Positions 1 to 11,300 of a DNA stretch of 64,000 bases are shown here, piece after piece (positions within the stretch are counted from its first letter, which is position 1; each line of letters opens with the position of its first letter). A program made the translations under genes and the position numbers. The DNA comes from Pseudovirgaria hyperparasitica (Eukaryota), in assembly GCA_010093815.1 (NCBI GenBank), contig ML996568.1, one strand, 5' to 3'. The notes beneath the pieces are model-generated. The model saw nothing but the letters and a program-made list of their open reading frames with translations, searched no databases and was not told the DNA's origin.

Positions 1-639
1 GTTCTATGTCATCATCATGTTCAGCATGGGCTTCTTGTAAGTGACCCTTCCCTTGTCTGATTTCTCCTCACTCTCCTAATCAATATCTTTTGCAGCATCA
101 CTATCGTCAGTATCATTCGCCTGCGATCTCTCATCATCTTCGCCACCACTCCAAACCCTACCTACGACGCCGTACCCACTGCATACTGGTCCGTGCTCGA
201 GTGCTATGTTGGTATCATCTGCGTCTGTCTTCCGTCCATCCGCGTGCTGCTTAGCCGCGTGCTGCCCTCCATCTTCGCCTCTACGCAGCCCGAATACGAG
301 TACTCGGACACTCCAATCAAGAGCTCTCGCAAGAAACCTTCGCAACTCACCGATTTCAGTATTACGAAGACCATCGATGCGACTGTTACGAGCGTGCCGC
401 GCGGTGATGGCGAGCGGTTTGGTGGAGCCGGATTTGTGAATGAAAGAACGTATGGGAACAATTACGGAGGGGTATATGGCGAGGATGGGCTGCAGCTTGT
501 AGAGTTCGATGGAGTGAAGAAGGCGTTCGAGGGCAAGGGAGAGAAGGGCGACAAGGGCGAGGGAACGATCAGTCTGGGCGACCAGGCAAGTCGGCGGAGC
601 AGCCAGGGAGCTACGGAGGAGGAAATAAGGAAATTGTGA
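1..639 (+). CDS. PTH11-like / rhodopsin-domain integral membrane protein, 3' part (5' end outside window)
   Basis: Intron 37-95 (GTAAGT..CTAAT..TGCAG). The following exon reads ITIVSIIRLRSL..NPTYDAVPTAYWSVLECYVGIICVCLPSIR, matching TM6-TM7 of PTH11-like GPCRs, then a hydrophilic tail to TGA. Confidence 0.85.
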
Positions 640-2791
640 GTGTTGTGGACGGAGAACTCGCGCAACTTGCCTCATGAGTTACGGCCGTCATGACTACAGA
701 ACTTGTATTTCAATTGTGTATATGCGCCGCCTTGAATTGCGCGCAGACACCCCCTTTGTACTATATGCCTAACGGCCTACCTGGAATGGAAGACAAAACG
801 TAAAATAATTGTTTATTGAGTTATGATATTTTTACTGTAGAGACAGAAGGCGGCTCACGGATGCCCTCATCATCAATACTATCCTAATCGATCGAAACCA
901 TCACTCATCCTCGATCGTCTGATAGGAAACTGGAGGTATCAGCGTCAGGCCTACCAAGCAGGCATCCCTTGCCGCCACATTTGCCATTCACAACCACATC
1001 AAAAGCCGACTGGCGCTCAGGGTACGCGGCACCCACGATTGCAGGGCGTAGTTTCACCAACGTGCGATCGCAGGACTACCACGGCAATCGTACCATTTGC
1101 CGCGGTCGTTATCAGCCAGCACGAGGCTAGACCAGCAAGTAAACCACCCTGGTCCCTGTCAACCTTTTGGAATCGGGCCGTGCGACCGCCCGTGGGGATC
1201 CATTGTGACACTGGAACGAGATCAAACCAGCCCGAGTACTTCTTTTGACGCCATAGCTTCGTATCAGGTAAGTTGTTAGTCCGTTGTCATCCTGGTAGAA
1301 GGATTGTACTACTCGTCCTAATGACCTGCCCCGGCCCTCCCGCGCTTAGATAACGACCGGACCGTCCATTACGTTTTGCGACTAACTCTTCAGGCCTTGG
1401 ACATCACGTAGGACAGTTTGCTGCAGCAGCAGCAGCAGCAGCAGGGGCAGCGTCGATGCTTCTGCAGTCAGGGACGGAGAATTATGATGCAGGTCTACAG
1501 CAAAGCCGCGGCATGCGAGATGGTGTACAGGCGGGCGGACATCCCACAGCACCACACAAGGCTGCCCGTAAGGTAAGAGTTAGCGATGCTGCAGTACTGG
1601 CGGTAATTAGTGGACGTGTGATATTGCCGAACCCTTTCGTCGGAACCGTCTAAACAAACTGGGGAAAGACGGGAAGTCGGGGGAGGTTGGGAAGCGGTCC
1701 GTCCAGAGCCAATGCAAGCCTCTTTTACTAGGATTGTTGTGGTGATGGTGTGCGGGACGGAATCTAGCACTGCCGTAGCGCACCGTAGCCTTTATTGAAG
1801 CGAAGTAGGGCGCCTGGACGGGAGCTGTATTGAATAGGTCGGATCACGAACATGAGATTTGGCGATATTTGTGGATGGACTTTTGTACCGGCCAGTTGGT
1901 GAACGGACATGGTTGATCGTGCATACATACTCCACTGCACGATCGGTTTGCACTACAGCAGTTCCGACGCAGCATCTTTCCAGGGCGTTGGAGCTGGATG
2001 AACGACTGTAATCTTCTAGATACAGTAATTACGTCTATGATTGTGTCGAAAGGAGAGGAGTGCATATGCAATACAGGCTTGAGTATCACTTGTTTGTTCA
2101 AATGCGTATGTGTGGCGTATCAGTATCACAGCTAGCGCGAAATGCAGCTTTTCATGATTGGAAGTTAGAGCAGATCCCTAGTAATTACTGAACCGCTTCA
2201 CTTTCTAGTCCTTGACAACGGCCGGGGCGGCCCTCGGCGCGTAGATGTCCCCGATATGGGTAATGCTTCATGGGGACTCCCTGTAATACGGTGCCGTTGC
2301 CATTGCTATCGAACTGCTCCGCGGCGTGGGATGAACGAGGATGGTCACAAGGCCGTATACCAGCACTAAGGGTTCGGAACGACTGTTCCTTTGCTGGGAG
2401 AGTCCGTTGATTCATGAACCTCGAGCTTTGGTTGGAACAATCGGAGAATGGGTGCTAGCTCCAATTGAGTGTTGCATACGTTAGGGATCCTACAAGCTGC
2501 TCCCCGCAAACTGGATAGCATCCCCCATATCACTGAGCATGCGGGCATCATGAGATGGAATCATGATGGTTCAGAGTGAAAAGAAGATGATAGTTCAGAG
2601 ACGACAGAATACAGAATAGATGTTATGGATCGTATCTGGACTAGCGTGTTTTCCAGCTGAGCAATGACGCGCCACAGGGTCAAGCTTCCGACTTTTCACG
2701 ACAACAAAGGCATGTATCTTCACCCATGACATGTTCTCAGTCTTGTGTGAAGGACTCATGCTAGAACTGCGGATGCACCGACCTTGCCAGA

Positions 2792-3843
2792 ATGTCCTCA
2801 CCAGATCTTGGCCTTCCAGCGGATATTGAGGCTCTCGCCAACGCTCGCTTTGAAGAACTCCACGCCAAGGGTCGCATTCTGTATGAGCCGACAGTCCCGG
2901 AGTATCTAAAGCACGAAGGCTTCCATTTCGAATTCCGAATATGCCCTTTCATCAAATCGAAACCCATCCAGGGACCGGACGATGATGCACGAGACAAGGC
3001 CAAAGGACCGTTCGTGAACCCAAAGTCCGACGAAGTTCTCTGCATATTGCACAACTCGACCGGCTGGACGCACCGCGTGATGCTCAACAAATTCTGCATG
3101 TTCAAGCCGATGCTACTAATCACCACGTATGATTTTGAACTGCAGAGTGATCCTCTGAACAAGAGCGATGTCGTCGCGCTCTTCACGACCATGAATTCCA
3201 TGAAGACGCCTCAACTAGCCTTCTACAATTGTGGCGCACACTCCGGTTCCAGCCAAGGGCACAAACACATGCAACTCTTCCCCAAGCCCGACGAAACCAA
3301 GTTCCCGCTCTTCCCTTCCCGCGCCCATCCAGGACACTCTCCGCATACGCATTGTAGGTGAGCATCGCATCGTACCCGGGGACTCAAAAAATTTAACTTT
3401 TGGACACAGACATCCAGACTGATATAGAGCACGTTCCGTTCATGCACTTCGTCAAACGCTTCCCTAAGGACGCCGATATCAACGACGTCTACGCAGCATA
3501 CAAGCATTGTCTCGACCAGTGTCTGGAAGCACTGATTGAAGCCGGTCAAGGGACAGATCACAATGTCATCATGACCACCGAATGGGTTGCGCTTATCCCG
3601 CGTGCTGTGCAGAAGAATGACGGACCCTGGGGCGCCAACGCCATGGGCATGATCGGTATGATCGCGGTGCGTGACGCCAGTGAAAGAGAGCAATGGGCCA
3701 AGCTAGGCTACTCGGATTATCTGCGCCAGCTTGGTTTGCCGCTGAAGATGTTTCCGACGGCCGAGCAACGGTGGAGGTGGCATAATGCGGTTCGCCAAGA
3801 GGGCCAGAAGTGGACATACGCTGGAGTGAGAAGCGAGAAGTAG
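2792..3843 (+). CDS. ATP adenylyltransferase / Ap4A phosphorylase (Apa1/Apa2-like)
   Basis: FYNCGAHSGSSQGHKHMQL (HxHxQ motif), LNKF motif and NAMGMIG C-terminal motif. An in-frame intron 3354-3409 joins the two listed ORFs. Confidence 0.9.
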
Positions 3844-4151
3844 TTGGAATGCTGCGCAATACTTGGGCTGGGCTCTTGGAAAACATAATGAGCAATAGCG
3901 AGTCGTGAAGACGGGACAGGACGTCCAAAAATAGCCTAACCAAACTTTATGATAGTAGACTCGACGGCGGTCTGGAGCTGAATTTTCTTCTCCAGTCTAG
4001 TCAACCGTGATCCCATGTCAGCTTTTCATGGGCAGTAGTAGAACACTCCGACTAGAGTAAAAGGAAAGTATAAACCACCTCTTTTGTTACCTGACGCTTG
4101 AATCCCAGCTAACAATTTGGACAGATACCCACGAAAAAAGAAAAAGAATGA

Positions 4152-4251
4152 TGACAAGAGTGGGACTTGAACCCACGCCCCTTTCGAGACCAGGAAACTG
4201 CGTTAAGGTGTAGCCTTAACCTGGCGCCATAACCAACTCGGCCATCTTGCC
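4152..4251 (-). tRNA. tRNA-Leu(AAG) with ~18-nt intron
   Basis: Reverse complement reads GGCAAGA-TGGCCGAGTTGGTTATGGCG-CCAGG-TTAAGG-[CTACACCTTAACGCAGTT]-T-CCTGG-long variable arm-GTGGGTTCAAGTCCCAC-TCTTGTCA. The intron pairs with the anticodon loop and an oligo-T terminator follows. Confidence 0.93.
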
Positions 4252-4554
4252 TGATGAAAGTAGCGAGCAAATTATTCCTCCTATGAATGAGCACGCTTGT
4301 GGCAGAAAGCGACTGCAGACTACCTGCGCACCTATACTTTAACTATAGCATATTAATAAAGCACTTACTACGCATGCTGTCGTGTGCACCACAGTGGCAC
4401 ACACCTACACTCCGCAAACCATCATCAAAATTCAGCTTGTGCGCTGTGGGTCCCCATCCCAAAACGGCAATCCAACGAACCCCCCGAAGCGAACATCTAA
4501 CCCACAGTCAAAACACCACCTCCAACAAAACAACCACCACAGCACTCATTATCT

Positions 4555-5376
4555 TCATGTCGAATCCAAACCTACCCCTCCGCCACCCCCCTCACCAGGC
4601 CCTCTCCTCATCCCAACCAAACACAACCCAGGCACCCCAACAATCCCAACCTCCACCCTCCCATCAACCACAAACCCATGCCTCGCATACACCGCCTCGC
4701 CATCCACAGTCGTATCAAGCGTGATACTCGCTCCCACACTATCCGCATACCGCGTTCCCTCGCGGATTAGCAGCGATCCGACGCCGCGGCGCTGGAACGC
4801 GGGTGTTACGGCGAGGGAGCGGAGGGCTGGGGTTCGACTGGGTTAGCTGGTTGGATGGATGGATGGCACGGGGGAGGGAAGGGGAGGTGGCGTACTGAGG
4901 AGTTTGCCGGGGATTCGGCTGTTGAGTGATGCGCGGTGCGCGGCTGTTGTGCTGTCGATTTGTGCGATTAGGGGTTGTGCGGGGGTGTTGTTGTTGTTGA
5001 TGCTGTCCTCAATCGCAGCAGCATAAGAATACGACCCACCACCTACCTCCCGGATATCCCCTCCATCTCCATCTCTCACATCAGCACCAACACGCTCCGC
5101 TCTCCGCACCCACACCGCAATCCCAACAGGCGTGTCCGACGCCGTCTCAACGGCCTTGGAGACCCAGGATCCAGGAGGCAAGCTGGCGAGGAGCGCCTGG
5201 AGCTGGGATTCCGCGGTGGCGCGGGTCTCGGGGCTGTTGGGGTTGGGCCAGAGCGCGGATATGTAGATGGAGCGGAAGTCGTGGGCGGGGAGGGTTGAGT
5301 TTGCGGAGATGAGGATGTTGGCCCAGGCGGTGAGGTCGGAGGGGGTGTTGTGGATGGGGTGGAGGGTGAAGGGCAT
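4555..5376 (-). CDS. GNAT-family N-acetyltransferase
   Basis: Exon 1 ..SKAVETASDTPVGIAVW..; intron 4827-4895 (GTACG..CTAAC..CCAG); exon 2 LRSLAVTPAFQRRGVGSLLI (acetyl-CoA motif A) ..GEAVYARHGF. Confidence 0.85.
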
Positions 5377-5698
5377 GTTTGGTGTTGTGTGGTGATTTGG
5401 GGGGGTGGATGTTGAGGGAGGGGTGTTTGGGTAGAGTGTATGGAGGTGTGGTAAGCGGATTGGATATCACTCTGATATGGTCCCTGAAGATCGGCTAAGC
5501 CTGATTTGGCGAGCACGATGTGGAAGGCTGAATGCGATGTCGTTTTTGTATATATCGTTGATCAAGCTGACGCGATTGACCAATATCATCAGGACGCTTT
5601 GCACGGGACTTACGTTGAACAACGACACTATCGTATCGTTCATATTTAGGGGCTCACAGTATCGAGACATGATGTAGTACCTCAGCATGATAGTATCA

Positions 5699-7471
5699 TC
5701 ATGCAAACGATGGATTAATCTTACCCGCCGCTCTCTCCAAAACTCTATGTGGAAGGAGGACCTCATAGCAATGCCTGATCCATTCACACACAATGGGTCT
5801 CGTGTCCGCCGGATCAATGACCTCTTCAATGCCGAAATTATTCGCTGCTCGCACAGGGTTCATGAGCCTCCTGTACTCCTCATCAAGTTCCTTGTATCTA
5901 CTCGCCGCAGCTTCCTTCCCTTGGGTTTTTGCAATCTCCCTCAACTCGTGTGAATGGCCGACTTCGATACCACCTGCAAGCGGGAGACTGCCCCATTCAC
6001 CAGACGGCCACGCAACTCGCACGCGAGGATCTCGACTGTCGACCATGATGCCAGCGGCGATACCGTACGCTCTACGTACGATGACGTTGAAGATTGGGAT
6101 CGTCGATGTGTAGTAGGCCATTGCCAGGCCAACACCGTGTCTCATTGTCGCTGAGCGTTCAGCGACAGTGCCGATGGCAAAGCCAGGCGCGTCCACGAAT
6201 TCGAGAAGCGGTATGTTGAAGATGTCCAGGAATTTGAGATGCCTTGTCATTTTGCGGGCTCCAGCTGCGTCTATGGCTCCGGCGTTGACCTCACAGTTCA
6301 GCGAGACGATGCCTACAGGGTGGCCGCCGAGTCGTGCGAGTCCTACAATGGCTGTTGTGCCCCATAGGGCTCCGATCTCGAACCAGCTGTCCTTGTCCAC
6401 GACTGTTGTGATGATCTTCCTCGGGTCATACATGCGTTCTCGTTTGCGCGGTATGATCGTGCGTAGTTCTAAAGCTTTCCGGTCAATGGGATCGTCGCTG
6501 TAGCCTAGGACAGGAGGGACCTGAGTGCCATGGTTCGGAAGGTAACTGAGGACTGTACGTAGCTGCTCGAAACATTCCGCCTCGTTCGCTGCGAGATTGT
6601 CAATTGTGCCGTTTGTTGCATGCATCGCGGGCCCTCCGAGATCTGTAAAGCTGAGGCCCTCTTCGAATGTGGCACCTTTGACTACCTCGGGACCAGCATT
6701 GAACAGCGCACCTACATCGGCTGCCATTACTGAGAAATGACACGATACAACGCGAGCAGCTCCCAGACCGATTGCTGGTCCCAAGCAAGCACCGAGGTTT
6801 GGTATGCCTGCGTTGAGCTGTTGTGATATAAAATGCCATCCGGGCATAGGAGGGACGTACGAGAAACCGTGCTGTTTAATGGTCGTCACCGACCCACCAC
6901 CCGACGACCCATCAACCAGTTTGATAATTGGCAGCTTCATTGAGAGTGCTAGCTTTTCCATGTACACCGTCTTCTCCCAGATCGCTCCATCGGCATGTCC
7001 AGCACGGATGGAGAAGTCATCAGCCGTAAAGAGTATCTTCCTCCCCTTCAAAGCACCAAACCCCTGGACATTATTGGACGGCACAAAGTCAACAGGCTCC
7101 TCTTTCAGGCTAGTAATCTGCTTCCATTTCACAGTCCCGCTCACACTCCCTACTTCATAGAATGATCCTTCATCGAGCAATTGATCTACTCGTTCGCGCA
7201 CATGCAGCTTGCCAGCTTGTTTCTGCCGTATATACCCCCTCTTGCTTGTGTCTGGCTTCGCGGCACTGTCCCTCAAGGTCTTGATCTGGCCCAATATATC
7301 CGAGTAATCAGCAGGTAGGTCTGAGTCTGACTTCTTGCGACGACTTCGAGGGACTTTCTTCGCGCTGCTGGACTGGGAGACGTGGTTGGCGACTTGGTCT
7401 AGGCGGTCCTTGGCCTGGGACGTTGAGCTCGAAGCGCGAGCACTCTGGTCGTCAGCACTGTCTGAGCCCAT
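5699..7471 (-). CDS. Acyl-CoA carboxylase carboxyltransferase (beta) subunit, PCC/MCC-beta-like
   Basis: 590-aa intronless ORF with RERVDQLLDEGSF, ADDFSIRAG, LGGPAMHATNG, GLARLGGHPVG, FVDAPGF and EVIDPADTR motifs of tandem CT domains. Confidence 0.93.
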   Translation of the reverse strand: MGSDSADDQSARASSSTSQAKDRLDQVANHVSQSSSAKKVPRSRRKKSDSDLPADYSDILGQIKTLRDSAAKPDTSKRGYIRQKQAGKLHVRERVDQLLDEGSFYEVGSVSGTVKWKQITSLKEEPVDFVPSNNVQGFGALKGRKILFTADDFSIRAGHADGAIWEKTVYMEKLALSMKLPIIKLVDGSSGGGSVTTIKQHGFSYVPPMPGWHFISQQLNAGIPNLGACLGPAIGLGAARVVSCHFSVMAADVGALFNAGPEVVKGATFEEGLSFTDLGGPAMHATNGTIDNLAANEAECFEQLRTVLSYLPNHGTQVPPVLGYSDDPIDRKALELRTIIPRKRERMYDPRKIITTVVDKDSWFEIGALWGTTAIVGLARLGGHPVGIVSLNCEVNAGAIDAAGARKMTRHLKFLDIFNIPLLEFVDAPGFAIGTVAERSATMRHGVGLAMAYYTSTIPIFNVIVRRAYGIAAGIMVDSRDPRVRVAWPSGEWGSLPLAGGIEVGHSHELREIAKTQGKEAAASRYKELDEEYRRLMNPVRAANNFGIEEVIDPADTRPIVCEWIRHCYEVLLPHRVLERAAGKINPSFA

Positions 7472-7828
7472 TGAGGATCTGCCAGCGAACGCTTTCGCTG
7501 GGTTAAGTCTCTATACAGACGAAGCGGTACGCCTGGGACGTCGCATCACCAGAAAGTTCCCGTTCGGACAGCTGCTGTAACAGCTTCGACCCGATTGTGC
7601 CGAGGCAAAGACCCCAGCGTCATTGCGAGGGGTCGTGCACTCCAAGTCTGAAGGATCACATTGACAGACTTGTCCTTGTCTATATGATTAGTCTATACAG
7701 CTCACACCATGCGTATACTGAGTGTGAAGATGAGAAGATACCATTGAATGCTGACGTGAATTCTGCGTCGGTCAAAGCTACGCGACTTCCGTATCGATAG
7801 AGACAGGTCCGTGCATCCGAGGACCAAG

Positions 7829-10052
7829 ATGACTGATTCCAAACGCCGTCCGATCAGGAGACTACTGGTAGCAAATAGGTTTGCATCTCTTTATTTTATA
7901 AAACACCATTCCTCATAAGCTAAACAAGCAACAGGGGCGAAATTGCAACGAGGATTCTTGCAACATCACGAGAGCTTGATATTGAAACCTTTGCAGTCTA
8001 CACAAAGGGAGATGCATCTCACACTCGCGGCGCAGACCATGCCGTGGAGCTATCTAGCCCAGCTTCTTACATGAGCATTGATGAGATCCTTGCCGTGGCT
8101 AAGAAGCACCAAGTCGATGCCATCCATCCTGGCTATGGCTTCCTGTCAGAATCAGAAGATTTTGCTGCCCGGCTGTGGGATGAAGGCGGGATCGTCGTCA
8201 TAGGTCCGGGCCCTGAAATCCTATCACGTACTGGAGATAAGCTCAAGGCGAGAGCTCTAGCAGAAGAGTGTTTGTCTCAATTGTAAATTCAAATTATTTT
8301 GTATCTGCTGACTCGATGTAGGCAACGTTCCAGTCTGCCCTGGTATCCTCGATCCAACTGACAATGTTCAACATATCAAGGAGTTCGCATCGAAGAACGG
8401 GTATCCAGTCATGGTAAAGGCTGTGGATGGTGGTGGTGAGTATTCTAAATTCATGTATTCGATGAAGCATCATTGACCTCTTTTCAGGTGGACGGGGTAT
8501 CCGACTCGTGCGGAATGAATCAGAGCTCGAGTCCAATGTCAAGCGTGCCATTGAGGAAAGTCCTTCGAAGAAGGTTTTCGTAGAACGTGCCGCAATTGAC
8601 GGGTTCCGTCATATCGAAGTCCAGATCATTGGTGACGGCAGTGGCAATGTTCAACATCTCTGGGAAAGGGAATGTAGTATCCAGCGTCGTTATCAAAAGG
8701 TCTGACTACTATGGCTCGTAGATATGTGCGCGGCTTATCAGGCTACAGATCATCGAACAAGCACCTTCCTCATTTAAGGACCGTGCATTGGCGGAGGAGA
8801 TCATACAAAGCGCCATGAAGATGGCGAAGCATGTGTGTGACAAGAGCCTCACGTTCAAACGGCGTAAGCTAACTATCATCAGGTCAAGTACCTCAGCTTA
8901 GGCACTTTCGAGTTCCTAGCTAATCCATCGACTGGAGAATACTTCTTCCTTGAAGTCAACCCGCGTTTGCAGGTCGAGCACACCATTACGGAGTGTATCT
9001 CGCTCACAGATCTCGTACGCGTGCAGCTACTTATCGCTCAAGGCGCGTCCCTTGCAGATGTGAACCTACCAGATGTTTCCCAGTCTCCACCTCTCCATGC
9101 CATTCAGCTTCGCATCACGGCGGAAAATATACAGAGCAATTGGTCACTCAGTATCGGAAAGATCCAGGACTTTCAGTTTCCCAGCGGTAATGGTATACGT
9201 GTGGACACACACCTGCTCAACAAATACCAAGCCGTCGTAAGCTCAGACTTCGATTCATTAATAGCCAAGCTCGTGGTCACCGGCTCTACATGGGAGACCG
9301 TGGTGCGTAAAGCAAAGCGAGCGCTGGACGAAACACAGATCAATGGCGTACATACAAATCTTGACGTATTACGCGCGATTGTGGCACGGCCAGAGTTTCT
9401 GCGAGGCGAATGCGATACGCAGTGGCTCGAGTCGAACTCAGTCGCTCTTCTAGACGAAAGCAAGAAGATATCTCAGTCCTCTGTGGCACATAGCACACAG
9501 CTCTCGTCGAGTCACGCCTCATCAAGTGCAGTAGCCTCAGCTGGCAATATGCTGTTTCGTAAAGGTGATGCCTGGTCACTTACTCTTACACCTCGAGGGC
9601 AGAAAGTCGATAGTGACCAAGCACCGCATCATTTAGAGATCGCACGAGTGCTGCGCAATGAGTTTCCAAGCTCCCTTGCAGCGGAAGTGGTGTTTACCAC
9701 CCCAGGCACCAAGTCGTCGCAAGCAAAACAGGTTCAGTACGCAATGGAGCTCTCGTCGACGACAGCATCGTCTGCAGCGGCGACATCAACACATCGTCGT
9801 GGCAATCCGAGTGATCCATCTCACGTAGTGATTCCGTTTCCCGGGAAGCTCGTCGAGGTGCTCGTGGACGAAGGAGACGAGGTGCACAAAGGAGATGTGA
9901 TTTGCGTGGTTCAACAGATGAAGATGGAGCTAGAAGTGCGATGCAGCCGCTCTGGCAGAATCACATGGATGCTGGAAGCTGAAGAGGGTGAAGAGATTGG
10001 CGAAAATACGCTGGCATGCATTGTAGAGCGACAAGAAGGTGCTCGGCTCTGA
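7829..10052 (+). CDS. Biotin carboxylase + biotin-carboxyl-carrier (alpha) subunit of an acyl-CoA carboxylase
   Basis: MTDSKRRPIRRLLVANR/GEIA, IHPGYGFLSE, VKAVDGGG/GRG, RHIEVQ, ERECSIQRRYQK, FLEVNPRLQVEHT and a C-terminal biotinyl motif QQMKME. Five GT-AG introns (7879-7934, ~8269-8321, ~8437-8487, ~8700-8748, ~8833-8882). Confidence 0.93.
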
Positions 10053-10673
10053 GAGTGAGGCAGTATTAAGATTTGTACGTGATGCAACGGGCCGTCTGAA
10101 ATGACGGGAGCAGGGATTGGAAGCCTCTTACATCGTAGCTGAGATTGAATCTGGGGACGAATGATAAGCAATTTCAAGGCTCCCTGCAATCAAAGCATAA
10201 AGATGACAGCTTCACAGCGGGGCTCAGTGCTCAGGGCTCGGGGAGAAGCGCGGGTGTACGAGCTTTTTTTTTTCCACCCGGTGACAGCATATATGCAAGA
10301 CAAGAAGAGAGTGAAGAAATGAGTGTGACAAGTGTAAAAGGTCGTGTCTATAGTGATATCCATGACATGATCAAGTCAAGATAATCATTTAATATGGATT
10401 AATAGACTCTTTTTCTTTTCAGGTCCGAAGCGATGGCGCTTGATGGCTGGCGCTTAAAGTAGAGGGCCAAAGGGCGGTCAGAGGGGTATCTGGGCGCCCG
10501 GGACTGCCTAAATTCTACTGTGTGTGGGCTGGCTATTGGGGGCCCTTTTGCCCGGTGCAGGGCCTTTTAGGTGCGATTGGGCGCCACTTCTAGCGGGGGT
10601 ACATTGAGCTCGGGGCTGATGATTGGGGGGCAACAGTCAACTTAAGCTGTTGCTGTCAACCAACCAGCCGCTG

Positions 10674-10711
10674 TTCTGCCATTTTCTGCCATCTTCTGCC
10701 ATTTTCTGCCA
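10674..10711. repeat. 10-bp tandem repeat (TTCTGCCATY) x~4
   Basis: TTCTGCCATT TTCTGCCATC TTCTGCCATT TTCTGCCA upstream of the GH76 gene. Confidence 0.85.
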
Positions 10712-11300
10712 CTCCCCGCCCGCCGCCTGAAACCATGGCGTCCCCCACATAAACAGCTTGGCTCCCCCCTGACTACTACGTTGTTGTTTCGAAACCGTCC
10801 AAAGAGTGCTTGTCGCTCTCTCCAGTCGTAATTATGTATTATGTTGCTATCCAATGGCCTATCAATCATGATCGAACAATGGTCACTGCTGGCTGGCCTG
10901 CCGCCCGTGCTCCGTGCTCCTCCTTAAGCAAGCTTGTTAGTTGTTACTGAGGTAAGGTTCCAGAGAATTGCCACGCGGTGAATGACTAAGGACCGCCGTT
11001 TGCATCGTCGCCTGGTATATTTACAATCTGCAACCGCTTTTCTGTCCTCGTACTTTACCTTCACCTTTCTCCCTTGCCATGTGGCCTGTCTTTCTTTACT
11101 GAAGTCTCTGCATCCGCATCTTTTCTTTCACGTTACAGTCACTCTTTTTGCCTTGCAAGCTTGCCTTGCCTACTTTCTTTCCACTGTCCATCGACACTGC
11201 TTACCCGCATAACGCTCTAAACGACCTCCTGGGAAGTGACCACTGCACTTAAAACACTTCCTACTCAAGCAATTGCCTGGAAGCCTTCTCGACCGACAGC

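Noticed and set aside
76..675. 199-aa minus-strand ORF
   Set aside because: Antisense shadow of the PTH11-like gene; no recognisable motifs.
4109..4846. Several ORFs overlapping the tRNA and the GNAT 3' exon
   Set aside because: Products of C-rich skew; they overlap better-supported features.
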